A stretch of DNA of 64,000 bases from Chamaesiphon sp. (GCA_965246715.1 CBDFFH010000002.1:32001-96000), one strand, 5' to 3'. Counted from the first letter of the stretch, positions 9,303-20,674 are shown. Notes: generated by a model from the sequence alone, not told the origin. Numbers and translations are program-made.

Positions 9303-10064
9303 AATTCTCCTGAATATTGTGAGCTATTCAGTGAGTGGAACTGCATAATCTCGCTAATCTATTTAGATTAAACATCGCTATCCGAGCGATTGAAAATGGC
9401 TCTACCTACACTAATAACTCAATAAAACTATCTCGAATGAACTTAGATCGAGAGTGTAAGAACTTGTGCCAGCAATACTTGTAGCTATTGCAGCTCTTAC
9501 TATTTAGTTTTGTGTTTATTTTGTTAAAGTAACTTAACTATAGATGTAAAACCTTGTTACTGCAATAATCTTAACAAAATCTTTATATTTTAGATTTTAA
9601 TAAATTCTCTGCTGTAAATATCTCGATACTGCCTTGGATTCAGCGATTTTTACAGCTAAAAAGACATGTGTTTTAGTACATCGATCTGCGCTAACGCTCG
9701 AATGAATCGATCGATTTGTCGCGATTATTTGCAGCGTAAGTAATATTTAATACCGCTCGATTCTCTTAATTCTAAAGGAGCGGCTTTAGCACCAGTATGG
9801 GGACACCAACGCGGATGCATTTTGGTATGGCTACTGCCGATCGACAGGGGTGGTGCCATCCACGTAAAAACAGCAAATCGCTAGCGTGAAACTACCATTT
9901 CAAAACCACCCAAGCTACAGCGGGGTGTCTACCCCATCCCAATCTCCCGACCCAATTCTCGCCAGGGCCGATCGCCAATGGCTTGCATCGCAGCTCTGAA
10001 AATCTCGATCGAGTGCTTGACATATTCCCATATACCTGTGATATGATGAATAGTGTTATCGCAA

Positions 10065-10136
10065 TGGGGTGTCGCCAAGTGGTAAGGCATCTGGTTTTGG
10101 TCCAGACATTCCGAGGTTCGAATCCTTGCACCCCAG
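10065..10136 (+). tRNA. trnQ: tRNA-Gln(TTG)
   Basis: Acceptor stem TGGGGTG/CACCCCA, anticodon arm TCTGG-TTTTGGT-CCAGA, T-loop GGTTCGAATCC; CCA not encoded. Confidence 0.97.
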
Positions 10137-10223
10137 TTAGAATTACAGTCCAACTATTTCAGTCAGAGTTCGATTGCGTATACTCTGGCTGACTGTGGTA
10201 TTAAGCAAAGGAATAGTAACTGT

Positions 10224-11036
10224 ATGAATGCTACGCGAATTCTCGCCCTAGATTTTGATGGGACGATCTGCGATGGAATGGCGGAGTATTGGCAGACGGC
10301 ATGGCGGACTTATACCCAGGTATGGCAGCTCGACAGGTTAGAGCCGTCGGCGGGAGTTGCCGAAAAATTCCGAGAATTGCGCCCGCTGATTGAAGTAGGT
10401 TGGGAAATGCCTGTATTGATTCGGGCACTGACATTAGGTATTTCTACTGAGCGCATGGTAAGTTCTTGGCAGCGGATTCGCGATCGAATCTTAGCAGACA
10501 GTCGGCTCAGTGGGGTCAAAGTCAGTCAGCAGTTGGATTTGGTGCGGGATACGTGGATTCAGCAAGATCTAGCAAGCTGGTTGCGATTGCACCAATTTTA
10601 CCCTGGGGTCGTCGATACACTCAACTCCCTGCCCGGTCGCAAAATTCAGCCAATTATTATCACTACCAAAGAAAGTCGCTTCGTCTCCCAACTTCTACAA
10701 GAGCAAGGGATCGAGCTAGCTAGTGAATTTATTTGGGGGAAAGAACTCAAGCGCAGTAAGACAGATAGCCTCAAAACGATCCTCGATCGCGGTGCGAAAA
10801 AATCGCCGACGGTGTGGTTCGTGGAAGATAAACTGAGTACGTTGGCAAAAATTGCGTCTCAGCCCGAGCTAGAAGCAGTCAAGTTATACTTAGCAGACTG
10901 GGGCTATAATACCACCGCCGAGCGGGAATCGGTGTCGCAACAATCGCGGATTCAAATGCTATCGCTGTCTGACTTACCGACACTCGGTGGCGAAGCGAAG
11001 AAAACCGCCGCAGTTAAAGCAACCTTACCAGTTTGA
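10224..11036 (+). CDS. HAD-family hydrolase
   Basis: LALDFDGTICD, TTKE, FVEDK and LADWGYN motifs. Confidence 0.88.
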   Translation: MNATRILALDFDGTICDGMAEYWQTAWRTYTQVWQLDRLEPSAGVAEKFRELRPLIEVGWEMPVLIRALTLGISTERMVSSWQRIRDRILADSRLSGVKVSQQLDLVRDTWIQQDLASWLRLHQFYPGVVDTLNSLPGRKIQPIIITTKESRFVSQLLQEQGIELASEFIWGKELKRSKTDSLKTILDRGAKKSPTVWFVEDKLSTLAKIASQPELEAVKLYLADWGYNTTAERESVSQQSRIQMLSLSDLPTLGGEAKKTAAVKATLPV

Positions 11037-11130
11037 TCTCGATCGAACCAGGTTAGAGCGGCGATCTCTATTTTTTAATGCCTCGCTCTCCAGATCCTCG
11101 AATTCTTGAAGAATTCGGGGATATTTAATT

Positions 11131-11263
11131 GGCGTTGCTGAATATAGGTATGATTCTTTGTAGGGGTGCCCCTTGTGGGTACCCTGAATCGATGCGGGGT
11201 AAGCACGAGGCATTACCCCTACAAAAATTGTTTGTGCGTTTCATATATTAATTCAGCAACGCC
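11131..11263 (+). mobile_element. MITE family A, copy 2
   Basis: Same TIRs as 5022-5154; perfect 8-bp target duplication ATTTAATT (11123-11130 / 11264-11271). Confidence 0.9.
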
Positions 11264-11292
11264 ATTTAATTTTAGAGATATTTCAATACTTC

Positions 11293-11506
11293 TCGGATCG
11301 GAACTGCTAGCGACTGAAGTCGCTGCTAGTTACGCAAAGTCTGCCTTCGCGGACTAGTTAATCAGTCCGCGAAGGCAGGCTTTTGCCGCTCGCGGCAACA
11401 ACCGGAGTTTGTAATCTTAGCCCCGATTTCAATCGAGGGCAGTACTAGAACGTAGCAACTATTCTTAACCCGTTGGCGTAGCCTCTCCGCTAGAAGAAAC
11501 TGACGG
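11293..11506 (-). mobile_element. MITE family B, degenerate copy with nested mini-inserts
   Basis: Reverse complement aligns with 25452-25676, including the GGAGAGGCTACGCCAA insert, CCCTCGATTGAAATCGGGGCTAA and the GCCTTCGCGGACT hairpin. Confidence 0.7.
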
Positions 11507-11540
11507 TAAATTAGGTTCCTAACGAGTGGCGCTAACGCTT

Positions 11541-12833
11541 TCACACAAATAAGCGTAGCAAAGTAAAGATACTAGCACTAAGTAGTGAAGCGATCGGAAT
11601 TGTCACGATCCAGGCTAAACCGATCGATTTGAGAGTATCGAGGCGCACATCTTGCCAATTTTTCACCAGTCCTACGCCCACCACCGCACCGACTAAAGCA
11701 TGGGAAGTCGAGACAGGTAAACCCAATCGGGAGGCAATCAAAATCGTCGCAGCGGTGGCAAGTTCGGCCGCAAACCCACTACTAGGTTCGAGTTTGATAA
11801 TTCCCTCGCCGATCGTGGCAATAACGCGCTCGCCCCAAATTGCTAAGCCAGTGACGATCCCGATTCCACCGAGTACGAGTACCCACAGCGGAATTTCGAG
11901 ATTGGCGAGTGGGACGGTACCAGTTTTTTGGATGAAGAGGATCGTGGCTAAGGGCGCGATCGCATTACCGACATCATTGGAGCCATGAGCAAACGCCACG
12001 CAGCACGCACTCAGGAGCTGAAATCTCGCTAATTGTCGCTCGACAATCTTGCGTGCATCCAAGTTGCTAGCTAATTGCATCGGTGAGGGGATGAGTTCGT
12101 CGTCTGGCAATTTAGTTGTCAAGCGATCTTCAGCTAGTTTGCGCCAGCCGACGAGTGTAATTGCTAAAGCAGCCAGCCCACCCAATCCCAGGGCAAAATC
12201 ATGGCGGGGAACTGCGGGGAGAAAATCTAACGGGAGAGTTTCAACGACGGGTGGTAAGACAATTACCCCAAATACACCAACGAGAATCAGTGATAACCAC
12301 GGCATCCAAGTATCGATTTGCACCAGTGGTTCGTCGCGATCGAGAATCCAATATTTAATCAGCGAATAAAAGCCCGCCGCCACCACTGCGCTTACTACCG
12401 GAGTAACCACCCATGCCAAGGAAATTACGCCCAATGCCGACCATGATACTGCCTGTGCGCCTGCGGCAACCCAGCTGAATCCAGCGATCGCACCCACAAC
12501 TGCATGGGAAGACGCAACGGGTAAGTTTTTGGTAGTAGCAATTTGCAACCACAAGCCACAACTAATCAGTACCGCGATCGTCCCGATTAATAATGTTTGT
12601 GGTTGGGTGATAAAAACATCAGGATTTGTGATACTAGTAGCTAGAGTTGAAGCCACCTGTCTGCCAAATAATACCGCACCGGTAAACTCTAAAATTCCGG
12701 CAATGACGATCGCTTGTTTGAGCGTCACAGCTTTAGATCCGACAGAAGTTCCCATCGAGTTGGCAACATCATTAGCACCGAGATTGCAAGCAACATAAAA
12801 TGCTAGAAAGCAGACAAACACAAGAAATAACAT
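11541..12833 (-). CDS. pit: PiT family inorganic phosphate transporter
   Basis: GANDVANSMGTSVGS, HGSNDVGNAIAP and PVSTSH motifs. Confidence 0.92.
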   Translation of the reverse strand: MLFLVFVCFLAFYVACNLGANDVANSMGTSVGSKAVTLKQAIVIAGILEFTGAVLFGRQVASTLATSITNPDVFITQPQTLLIGTIAVLISCGLWLQIATTKNLPVASSHAVVGAIAGFSWVAAGAQAVSWSALGVISLAWVVTPVVSAVVAAGFYSLIKYWILDRDEPLVQIDTWMPWLSLILVGVFGVIVLPPVVETLPLDFLPAVPRHDFALGLGGLAALAITLVGWRKLAEDRLTTKLPDDELIPSPMQLASNLDARKIVERQLARFQLLSACCVAFAHGSNDVGNAIAPLATILFIQKTGTVPLANLEIPLWVLVLGGIGIVTGLAIWGERVIATIGEGIIKLEPSSGFAAELATAATILIASRLGLPVSTSHALVGAVVGVGLVKNWQDVRLDTLKSIGLAWIVTIPIASLLSASIFTLLRLFV

Positions 12834-12995
12834 TGCGCTAGCGATGAGGTGAGTAAAATTAATCCATTGGTGTCGTCAATTTTAACCCAGCAATAACGGC
12901 AGATGAGGCGATCCAGATCGATCGACACAAACCAAGCGCGATATTAGGGTAGAGCGGCTCTGCCAAAGATTCATAACCGATAATTCCTAATTTTT

Positions 12996-13256
12996 ATGGC
13001 ACAACACAATCCCCATAGCATTCAACTCCAAATCAATCGGATGTTCGAGAGCGGTCAATCATTATTTGCGATAACCAAAGTTCAAGATTGGCTCAAACAA
13101 AGAAATGAAGATCCCAACGATTACGAAATTATCTTTAACAAACAACCCGCACCTGTCGGTTCGCGAGCGGTGATGACCGTCACCACCCAATTGCGCCGTA
13201 AAGATGGACAAACTGTCGATGAATGGTTATTAACTCAGTTAAACGATCTGGCATAG
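12996..13256 (+). CDS. Small hypothetical protein
   Basis: Clean 86-aa ATG ORF directly upstream of the WecB/TagA gene. Confidence 0.7.
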   Translation: MAQHNPHSIQLQINRMFESGQSLFAITKVQDWLKQRNEDPNDYEIIFNKQPAPVGSRAVMTVTTQLRRKDGQTVDEWLLTQLNDLA

Positions 13257-13317
13257 CTTGACAATCGATCGGCAAAGATTGACGATGAACACAATATCAA
13301 ACACTCCTGCTACTTTC

Positions 13318-14089
13318 ATGTTCGATCGCAAGGTTACACCGCTACCACAATTCGAGATTCTAGATCAACCAGTAAATCTAGCTGATGATTATGTCGGCTG
13401 GTTGGTCGATCGGCTCCAACAGGGAATTGGCAGCCATGTTGTCACTATGAATGCCGAGATCGTCATTTATGCAAATCAACACCCTGAATTCGCCCAAATC
13501 GTTCGACAAGGCAGACTTAATCACACCAGATGGTTCGGGGATTATTTTAGCCTTGCGGTTACATGGGATCGTGCAGCGTAAGTATGCCGGGATCGAGCTG
13601 GGTGAAGATCTATTGCGGTTAGCTGGTAAACCAGAGCATAATTATCCGGTTTTTTTCTATGGTGGCAAACCCCAAGTAGTCGAAAAAGCCGCGAAAAAGT
13701 GGCAAACCGATTTGCCGGATCTAAATATTGTTGGTGTCCAGCATGGTTACCTCAACCCCGAGGAACAAGCCAAACTCGAACACCAATTGACCGTTACCCA
13801 ACCCAAAATTATTCTGGTAGCAATGGGGGTACCGCGTCAGGAGATGTGGATTCGCGAACATTTTCATTTGTGTCCGCAGTCAATTTGGATCGGTGTCGGT
13901 GGCAGCTTTGATGTCTGGTCGGGAGTGAAAAAACGTGCGCCGCAACTAATTCGTAATTTGAATTTAGAATGGTGCTATCGGACGCTTCAAGAGCCTAGCC
14001 GCTGGCGGAGAACGCTGGCCTTACCCCAATTTGCAGTACTGGCATTAGGTGAGAGAATTTGGCGCAAGGGTAAGCTAGTACCGAATTAG
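13318..14089 (+). pseudogene. WecB/TagA/CpsF glycosyltransferase split by a one-base frameshift
   Basis: N-terminal HVVTMNAE..EFAQIVRQ is in one frame; ADLITPDGSG..FFYGG..VAMGVPRQE..GVGGSFD..LEW is in another. There is an extra G at 13510-13511 (CAA-G-GCA). The start could be 13285 or 13318. Confidence 0.8.
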
Positions 14090-14396
14090 GGCGCGTTATT
14101 AGCGATCGAGTAGCAAGAGCGGTTACGCTACAGTATGTTCGCTCGGTCGCTCGCGCCAATATCCTCCCCACCAAGAACGCGGATCGAGCTTACTGGCCAC
14201 AAGCGTCCGAGCGGTTAAACGGAATAGAGCATTCTGGCAATCCTGAATGTTTGCGAATCGATCTTTAGTCGCTGTCCCGCTGCCGTTGTTATGGTCGCAG
14301 CCTCTTGTAGAAATCGCTCGATCTCGATCTCTAGCGACTATGCCCGATCCGGTTAAACTGGAGACAGAGTTCCGATCGTTCTTCATTCTTGGTTTC

Positions 14397-15722
14397 ATGT
14401 CCCTACCTGCGGAATTATTCCTAGTTTTCGTACTGATTTTGGTCAATGGCATCTTTGTGATGTCGGAGATGGCGATCGTTTCAGTCCGAAAAGTTAGATT
14501 GCAACAATTGGCGAATCAAGGCGACCGCCGTGCGAAAATCGCCCTAGACTTGTCACAAACGCCCAATCGTTTTTTGCCGACAGTACAGGTCGGCATCACC
14601 TTGATGGCGATTTTGTCGGGTGCTAGAGGTGAAAGTGCAATTTCGCGAGCCGTGACACCACTGTTGGAAAATATGCTGCCGCCACAATACAGCGAACCGA
14701 TTGCTTCAGTGCTAGCGATCGTCATTATTACCTATCTCACCCTCGTCATCGGCGAATTAGTACCCAAGCAATTAGCCTTAAATAGCCCCGAACGCATTGC
14801 GAGTCTGGTTGCTTTTCCGATCGATCTGCTCGCAAAATCTTCTACACCACTGAATATCGTCCTGAGCGGCTCTACCAATTTTGTCGTCAAACTCCTGGGA
14901 ATCAGGCCGTCGAGCGAGCCAGATGTCACTGAAGAAGAAATCAAGGTGATGATCGAGCAGGGTACCGAAACTGGGATGTTTGAGGAATCCGAGCAGAATA
15001 TGGTCGAAGGAGTATTGAGTTTAGGCGATCTCAAAATTGGTGCGCTGATGACACCCCGCCCCGATATTACCTGGATCGATATCGAAGATCCGCTCGCACT
15101 CACCCGTCAGACGATTATCGATAGCGGTTATTCACGATTGCCTGTGTGTGAAGGCGAACTCGATCGGGTGTTGGGAGTCATTCATGTTGCCGATCTGCTC
15201 TCTCAAACCTTACGTGGCGAAGAACTCAATTTGACATCTTTACGTCAACCGCTATTTATTCCTGAGAGTACGCGCGGATTGAAAGTATTAGAGCAGTTTA
15301 AAAAATTTGGCACGCATATTGCGATGGTGGTCGATGAATATGGGGTAATCCAAGGGTTGGTTACCATGCACGATCTATTTGAAGAGATCGTCGGCGATAT
15401 GACCGACTCAAATGAAGAACCCGAAGAACCTCAAATCATCCAGCGCGAGGATGGTTCGTGGCTACTGGATGGAATGCTGTCGATCGAAGAATTTCTCGAT
15501 CGCTTCGATATTCCCGAAACCGAAATGGTCGATCGAGGTAACTATCATACGCTCGGTGGTTTTGCGATCATGCAATTAGGCAGAATTCCGATTTCTGGCG
15601 AACATTTTGAATGGCAAGAATTAAAATTTGAAATCGTCGACATGGATGGTAAAAGAGTCGATAAAGTATTAGTTAAAATGCCCGACGATCGCGAACATGC
15701 GACAGAAAAGAGCGATCGCTAA
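14397..15722 (+). CDS. Hemolysin family / CNNM (DUF21-CBS-CorC) protein
   Basis: SEMAIVS, GELVPKQLAL, MTPR, SRLPV, VDEYG and DMDGKRVDKV motifs; start at ATG 14397 inferred. Confidence 0.92.
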   Translation: MSLPAELFLVFVLILVNGIFVMSEMAIVSVRKVRLQQLANQGDRRAKIALDLSQTPNRFLPTVQVGITLMAILSGARGESAISRAVTPLLENMLPPQYSEPIASVLAIVIITYLTLVIGELVPKQLALNSPERIASLVAFPIDLLAKSSTPLNIVLSGSTNFVVKLLGIRPSSEPDVTEEEIKVMIEQGTETGMFEESEQNMVEGVLSLGDLKIGALMTPRPDITWIDIEDPLALTRQTIIDSGYSRLPVCEGELDRVLGVIHVADLLSQTLRGEELNLTSLRQPLFIPESTRGLKVLEQFKKFGTHIAMVVDEYGVIQGLVTMHDLFEEIVGDMTDSNEEPEEPQIIQREDGSWLLDGMLSIEEFLDRFDIPETEMVDRGNYHTLGGFAIMQLGRIPISGEHFEWQELKFEIVDMDGKRVDKVLVKMPDDREHATEKSDR

Positions 15723-15835
15723 TCAGTAGTTGGACTGTGATTGGCTGTCAAAAACCCACCTTCGGTAATTGCCGACATTTTCAAAGCGGAGAGCAATCGC
15801 GATATTATAGAGATGAACTCTATCCGATCGATGGC

Positions 15836-16258
15836 ATGACCTTTACTTTATTTGGTCGCTGGCAAATTCGAGTTTTATTATTAGCGACAGTGGGATTGGT
15901 GCTGACGATCGGGATGGCAATTAAAGCTGGCGGTGCGCTCGCCGGACAAACAGTACTCATGTTGCTGTATTTAGGTCTATTTGGATTGGTGTGGGATGCG
16001 ATCTACCATCAATTGCAACGATTGCGCTGGGATGGCGATTGGAATGGGTTGTTGCAATTGGGTGGGGCGATTTGGGAAGGAATCTTTCTCGTGATGTCGA
16101 TCGAGTTGGGATTGCCAGGAATCGATCGAGTTCACTTCAATCTGGCTGGCTTTATCGGGTTCTATACCCTACTGTGCGTTCTAAATTTTGTCGTCACTCA
16201 CTCGCTGTTGCGAATTCTCTCACCATATTCGCGCTTCAATGGGGGACAATGGTTCTAG
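15836..16258 (+). CDS. Hypothetical membrane protein
   Basis: MTFTLFGRWQIR start, hydrophobic segments, RWDGDW and RFNGGQWF motifs. Confidence 0.75.
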   Translation: MTFTLFGRWQIRVLLLATVGLVLTIGMAIKAGGALAGQTVLMLLYLGLFGLVWDAIYHQLQRLRWDGDWNGLLQLGGAIWEGIFLVMSIELGLPGIDRVHFNLAGFIGFYTLLCVLNFVVTHSLLRILSPYSRFNGGQWF

Positions 16259-16350
16259 TCTAATCGTGGCTAGCGTTGCTCGCTCGTCCTCGATCGATCG
16301 GACAGTGTAAGTTTAGTTCGCAATCGTCCCATCAATTTTATCAAAATTTT

Positions 16351-16785
16351 ATGTTAAATCGCACGATCGCGACATTTGCTGCGGCGGTAATGCTATTTAT
16401 GGCTAGTTGGACGATCTCGCCGACAGCTTTGGCAATCACGCCGATCTCGCTCAAAGATCTCAGTTATAAAGATTGTCCGTCGGATGTTGCTGCAGGTGCT
16501 GTAACCAGTGGCGGCGTGACACAAGAAGCTAGTTGTTTCTTGATCGTGGGCAAAGCGGAAAACAAATCGGGCAAAGATGTCTATGATGTCGATGTCTTTG
16601 GCAGGATCTATGATGCCGACAATAATAATGTCCTACCAAATCGGGGACGTGTGGGTCTGATCGATCGGGTCGTTCCCGGAACTAGTGATTTTGAGATGCG
16701 AATTACCGTTCCCGAAAATTTGTCATTACCATTGCAACTAAAAAAATTTAAGGCATCGGGATTTACTACTAAAATCAGACAATAA
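16351..16785 (+). CDS. Hypothetical exported protein
   Basis: Signal peptide ending ALA, two Cys, DVFGRIYDAD motif. Confidence 0.75.
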   Translation: MLNRTIATFAAAVMLFMASWTISPTALAITPISLKDLSYKDCPSDVAAGAVTSGGVTQEASCFLIVGKAENKSGKDVYDVDVFGRIYDADNNNVLPNRGRVGLIDRVVPGTSDFEMRITVPENLSLPLQLKKFKASGFTTKIRQ

Positions 16786-17027
16786 ATCAGCAATTTGACT
16801 GACAAAACTTTGGTGTTAGCGGTTGTTTGCTTAACTCTTCCGTAGGGTAAACGCTAGTAGATAAACAAAACCCGCCTGCGCGGGTTAAGAGAATATTTAG
16901 TCTCCGAAGGTGGGCTTTGACGATCTAGCGCGTTTTCGAGCGCCAGCTCTCAAATGACTCATCCAGTCTCGAACGATATTTATTAGATTTTTGCTAACAA
17001 ATAGGTTGAGTTAATAGTATGAATTTT

Positions 17028-17300
17028 CTAAGCGTTGCGGGTAACTAAACTCCACAGGAAGATCGCTACCATCGAACCCAGTACCGCAAAAATCAATGAA
17101 GGAATTAAGGTGCCAGTGGCAACAGCGCCAATGGCGAATCTACCTGTTGTAATCAAAGTATATAGAGTACCACCGACAAAAGCGCCGACAATACCTAAGA
17201 CCATTGTCGAAAGAATTCCGCCGCCTTGAGTACCAGGATAAATCAATTTGGCGAGTGCGCCAGCTACTAAACCGAGTACTGCCCAACCAATAATCTGCAT
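17028..17300 (-). CDS. GlsB/YeaQ/YmgE (transglycosylase-associated) membrane protein
   Basis: GLVAGALAKLIYPG and LGIVGAFVGG signature. Confidence 0.9.
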   Translation of the reverse strand: MQIIGWAVLGLVAGALAKLIYPGTQGGGILSTMVLGIVGAFVGGTLYTLITTGRFAIGAVATGTLIPSLIFAVLGSMVAIFLWSLVTRNA

Positions 17301-17439
17301 AGCATTAATGCTCCATTTCTAGTGTTTAGGTCGATGCCTTATCTTACCAATTTTAATTGAATGCTAAAACTAGCTTAAAGATCGGTTTTCCCTATTCTAG
17401 CCGATCGGTCTAGTTCGCTTCGGATGGGTTAATTAATTC

Positions 17440-18774
17440 TTAACTTTTAGCACCAAATCCAGTCTTTTTAGGCGGCGATTTAGTCTTAGCTTTATCTTTA
17501 CTCACTTCGAGGACTGCTGCTTGAAACAGCTCGTGTAAATGAACCGGCACGCTAGCTAAATCGGGCAAATCTGGTTCCAGATATTTATTAAATTTTGTCA
17601 GTAACGAGTCTAAATCTGTTGCTAGATTAAAGTCTGGTTGTTGGACGATCTGACCGATCGCGGTTTGGAGCTGTTGGGGAAACCGCGCTGCCAAGCGTCG
17701 CCAGACAAATGTATTATTTTGGGGATCGGTGAGACATTTGTGGATAAAATTCAGCTCTGCGGGCAAATAGTGCGGATTGACAGGTGCCAAGAGCGTCTGC
17801 AAGCGCGGATAATCTGCCAAAAACATTTGGCCCCAATATTCATGACTCAGCGCGGTGACGGCAACTGCTTGTTGCAACTGCTTGGGAATCTCGACCTTAG
17901 GCGATACCATCTTGTCAGTGGCAGTTTTTGACCCTTGGGAGCTATCCGTTTCGGTCATGCCGAGGGTTTGGGTCAAAGCTTGTAACTCTTCGGTGGAGAC
18001 CCCCGCATCGTTGGCAATTTCAGCGATCGATTTCGATCGATCGACTCCCGCTGCATCCATCTGCCGATCGGTAATCCAGGTCTGAAATTCACCGATCCGC
18101 GTTTGGAGTTCTCTCCCAGACAGCGTCAGTTCGTCAGTGCCAAAAAATTCGACAAATCGATCGTGATAGATGGCGACTGATTCCCAAGCAGCAGCTAGCA
18201 GTTCGGGTGCATTACTGTAAAGATAATGCGGGTAATTTTGGCGAAAAGCACCGATTGCCACGGCTAATTTCGGTCTACCCAATCGCCCTAGCGAGATCCA
18301 AGGTGCTAAAATCGCCCAATCGATACCGACAATCGGACTGAGCTGGGCGATAATCACCTCTCCTACCTTCAATCGGGTGGTTGCAGCCTGAGCCTGGGCA
18401 TCGGCAAATTGGATGCGATAGTGCTTGGCAGTCAGCCAATTTCGCACTTCCAAGCCATTGGGGTAGATTTCGACGATCGCCATCAGTCCGACAAAGCTGC
18501 GCCGCCAACTCTCGATCCGCTGACGATCGGTTGGTGTCAGCTCTGGACGACTGTCCAGAAACAAGTCGAGCAAGGGACGACCTTCAACTTCCCCCTCGAT
18601 CGCAAATCGATGCACGATCAGTTTCCGTTGTCCCGGATCTAGTTGCGGATTGCGGATTAGTTGCCTCGCAGTAAAGCTTTCTAGCGCTGATGCGACGCTC
18701 CCTTCCGTTGTTTCGATAAACTCGATAATCGATGCCCACAAAATACCAGCTCGGGAGAAGAGAGGATCGAACAT
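17440..18774 (-). CDS. Hypothetical protein
   Basis: Long ORF with LGRPKLAVAIG motif and a KKTGFG tail. Confidence 0.75.
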   Translation of the reverse strand: MFDPLFSRAGILWASIIEFIETTEGSVASALESFTARQLIRNPQLDPGQRKLIVHRFAIEGEVEGRPLLDLFLDSRPELTPTDRQRIESWRRSFVGLMAIVEIYPNGLEVRNWLTAKHYRIQFADAQAQAATTRLKVGEVIIAQLSPIVGIDWAILAPWISLGRLGRPKLAVAIGAFRQNYPHYLYSNAPELLAAAWESVAIYHDRFVEFFGTDELTLSGRELQTRIGEFQTWITDRQMDAAGVDRSKSIAEIANDAGVSTEELQALTQTLGMTETDSSQGSKTATDKMVSPKVEIPKQLQQAVAVTALSHEYWGQMFLADYPRLQTLLAPVNPHYLPAELNFIHKCLTDPQNNTFVWRRLAARFPQQLQTAIGQIVQQPDFNLATDLDSLLTKFNKYLEPDLPDLASVPVHLHELFQAAVLEVSKDKAKTKSPPKKTGFGAKS

Positions 18775-18830
18775 AAGCAACTTTAAATATACACGGTACC
18801 TATTCTCAGTCTACCCTACCCAATTCACCT

Positions 18831-18856
18831 GTAGGGGTGCCCCTTGTGAGTAACCT
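18831..18856 (+). repeat. Solo REP-like palindrome
   Basis: GTAGGGGTGCCCCTTGTGAGTAACCT; the same unit occurs inside MITE A. Confidence 0.7.
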
Positions 18857-19019
18857 AGATCTAAGCTAGTACTTTACTCCCGAAAGCCATTGACTTCGAT
18901 CTTCTTGCGTCGATCGGAAAACCGTATAATAGATGTGAGCCTCGGTCGGCATAAAATGGTAAAGATAGATCGCTTGCCATAAGCCTAAACCCTCTACTCC
19001 GCATCCCAACCTTCTAAGC

Positions 19020-20078
19020 ATGACATCCGAACTGATTCGTCAACGAGCCGATCTGATTAACACTCAAGTAATTGCCAAAGATACCGGTAAACGCTTGGGA
19101 ATTGTCAAAGATCTATTAGTAGATATCGATAGTCGGGAAGTAGTCGCGCTCGGATTGCGTGATGGTTTTTTGGCGGCACCAGGCGGGCTAGTCAAGCACA
19201 TGTATCTCACCAGTGTCGAGAAGATGGGCGATGTCGTCCTCGTGCCCAATGATGACGCGATCGAAGATCTCGACCCCGAAAATTATACCAATCTAATCAA
19301 CTGTGAAGTCATTACCGAAACTGGCGACATGCTCGGTAAGGTACGGGGCTTCAAATTTAGCTGCGATGATGGCAAACTCACTTCCATTATTATCGCCGCA
19401 CTCGGACTGCCATTAATTCCCGATAACGTCATCAGTACGTATGAATTTTCGATCGATGAAGTTGTCAGCAGTGGCCCCAATCGGTTGATTGTTTTTGAAG
19501 GTTCCGAAGAACGACTCGAACAACTATCTGTTGGTTTCCTCGAACGGATCGGACTCGGCAAAGCGCCTTGGGAAGACGAATACAGCTATCGTCCACCAGT
19601 GATTCGCCCTGAAAATCAATTAGCTCCTGGGATACCTATCGCTCCGCCCCCACAAATAGTACGCCCCGCTCCACCAGTTCAACAACCCGTATGGCAAGAA
19701 GAAGACGATAACTGGCAGGAAGTTCGATCGGCACCATTGCCCCAAAAACTTCAGGCTGAAGCGCGTTATTATGACGACGATGATGATGGCGAAAATTGGA
19801 GCGAACCCAGCCACGAGAAACCTTTGCCAGCCAAGGTTTATCAAGATGTGCCCTATACCGTTACCCCAGCCGCAAAATCGATCCGTCAGGACAGCGTAGC
19901 TATCGATGAGGATGAGGATGAGGATGTGCTCACTTTAGATGACGATCCGTGGGGGAAAGATCGTCAATCGTTAGACTCTCAACGACCAAAATTAAATATC
20001 CCCCCAGCCAACCCGAAGATCGATCTCCCGCAAACTGTCAAGCAAGTTGAGTATCAGGAACAAGAGGAAGAAATCTAA
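19020..20078 (+). CDS. PRC-barrel domain protein with acidic tail
   Basis: Two PRC-like halves (VIAKDTGKRLGIV / VITETGDMLGKV) and a D/E/P-rich C-terminus. Confidence 0.85.
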   Translation: MTSELIRQRADLINTQVIAKDTGKRLGIVKDLLVDIDSREVVALGLRDGFLAAPGGLVKHMYLTSVEKMGDVVLVPNDDAIEDLDPENYTNLINCEVITETGDMLGKVRGFKFSCDDGKLTSIIIAALGLPLIPDNVISTYEFSIDEVVSSGPNRLIVFEGSEERLEQLSVGFLERIGLGKAPWEDEYSYRPPVIRPENQLAPGIPIAPPPQIVRPAPPVQQPVWQEEDDNWQEVRSAPLPQKLQAEARYYDDDDDGENWSEPSHEKPLPAKVYQDVPYTVTPAAKSIRQDSVAIDEDEDEDVLTLDDDPWGKDRQSLDSQRPKLNIPPANPKIDLPQTVKQVEYQEQEEEI

Positions 20079-20113
20079 CTCACCAGCTAATTAAGACTAA
20101 AATCCAAAATCGG

Positions 20114-20674
20114 ATGACCCTAGCAGAAATTCAGTCGTTTTTAACCAACCGCTTCGGACGAACGGTGCAACAACTCGATGCCGATTCTTATCAGGTAGAT
20201 ACGCCAGATTATCGATTATTAGTAATTCTTTCGGCAGCGCAGTCTTGGGTGAGAATGTTAGTGCCGATCGCACCTGCAGCCGAGGCGATGACCTTTGTTG
20301 AGGAGTTTTTATCGGCTAACTTTGATGTGACCTTAGAGACGCGTTATGCCCTGCATCAGGGCGTATTGTGGGGCGTATGGCAACATAGCGTTGCGGGATT
20401 GACGATCGAGGATTTTAGTACGGCGATCGAACATATTCTCGAACTCAAACAAGTCGGGATCGATCGAGCGTTTCGGGATTTCACAACCAAACAAGTCCGA
20501 GAAATCGTAAAAATTGCCAAGCAACGTGGCGATACACTCGCCCAAACAATGCAAACGCTCGATCGCTTTTATGCTGAGGGAATTATGGGCGATATCGGTG
20601 CGACTGAAGATACCCGCAAGGAGATGATGACGGCGTGGCAGTATCAATTAGAACGCTTGTGGAATGAATCGTAA
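20114..20674 (+). CDS. YbjN/CesT-like chaperone-fold protein
   Basis: LSANFD.T.ETRYAL motif. Confidence 0.7.
   Translation: MTLAEIQSFLTNRFGRTVQQLDADSYQVDTPDYRLLVILSAAQSWVRMLVPIAPAAEAMTFVEEFLSANFDVTLETRYALHQGVLWGVWQHSVAGLTIEDFSTAIEHILELKQVGIDRAFRDFTTKQVREIVKIAKQRGDTLAQTMQTLDRFYAEGIMGDIGATEDTRKEMMTAWQYQLERLWNES

Noticed and set aside
10065..10136. tRNA-Gln as an integration site
   Set aside because: No integrase and no duplicated tRNA 3' end seen in the window.
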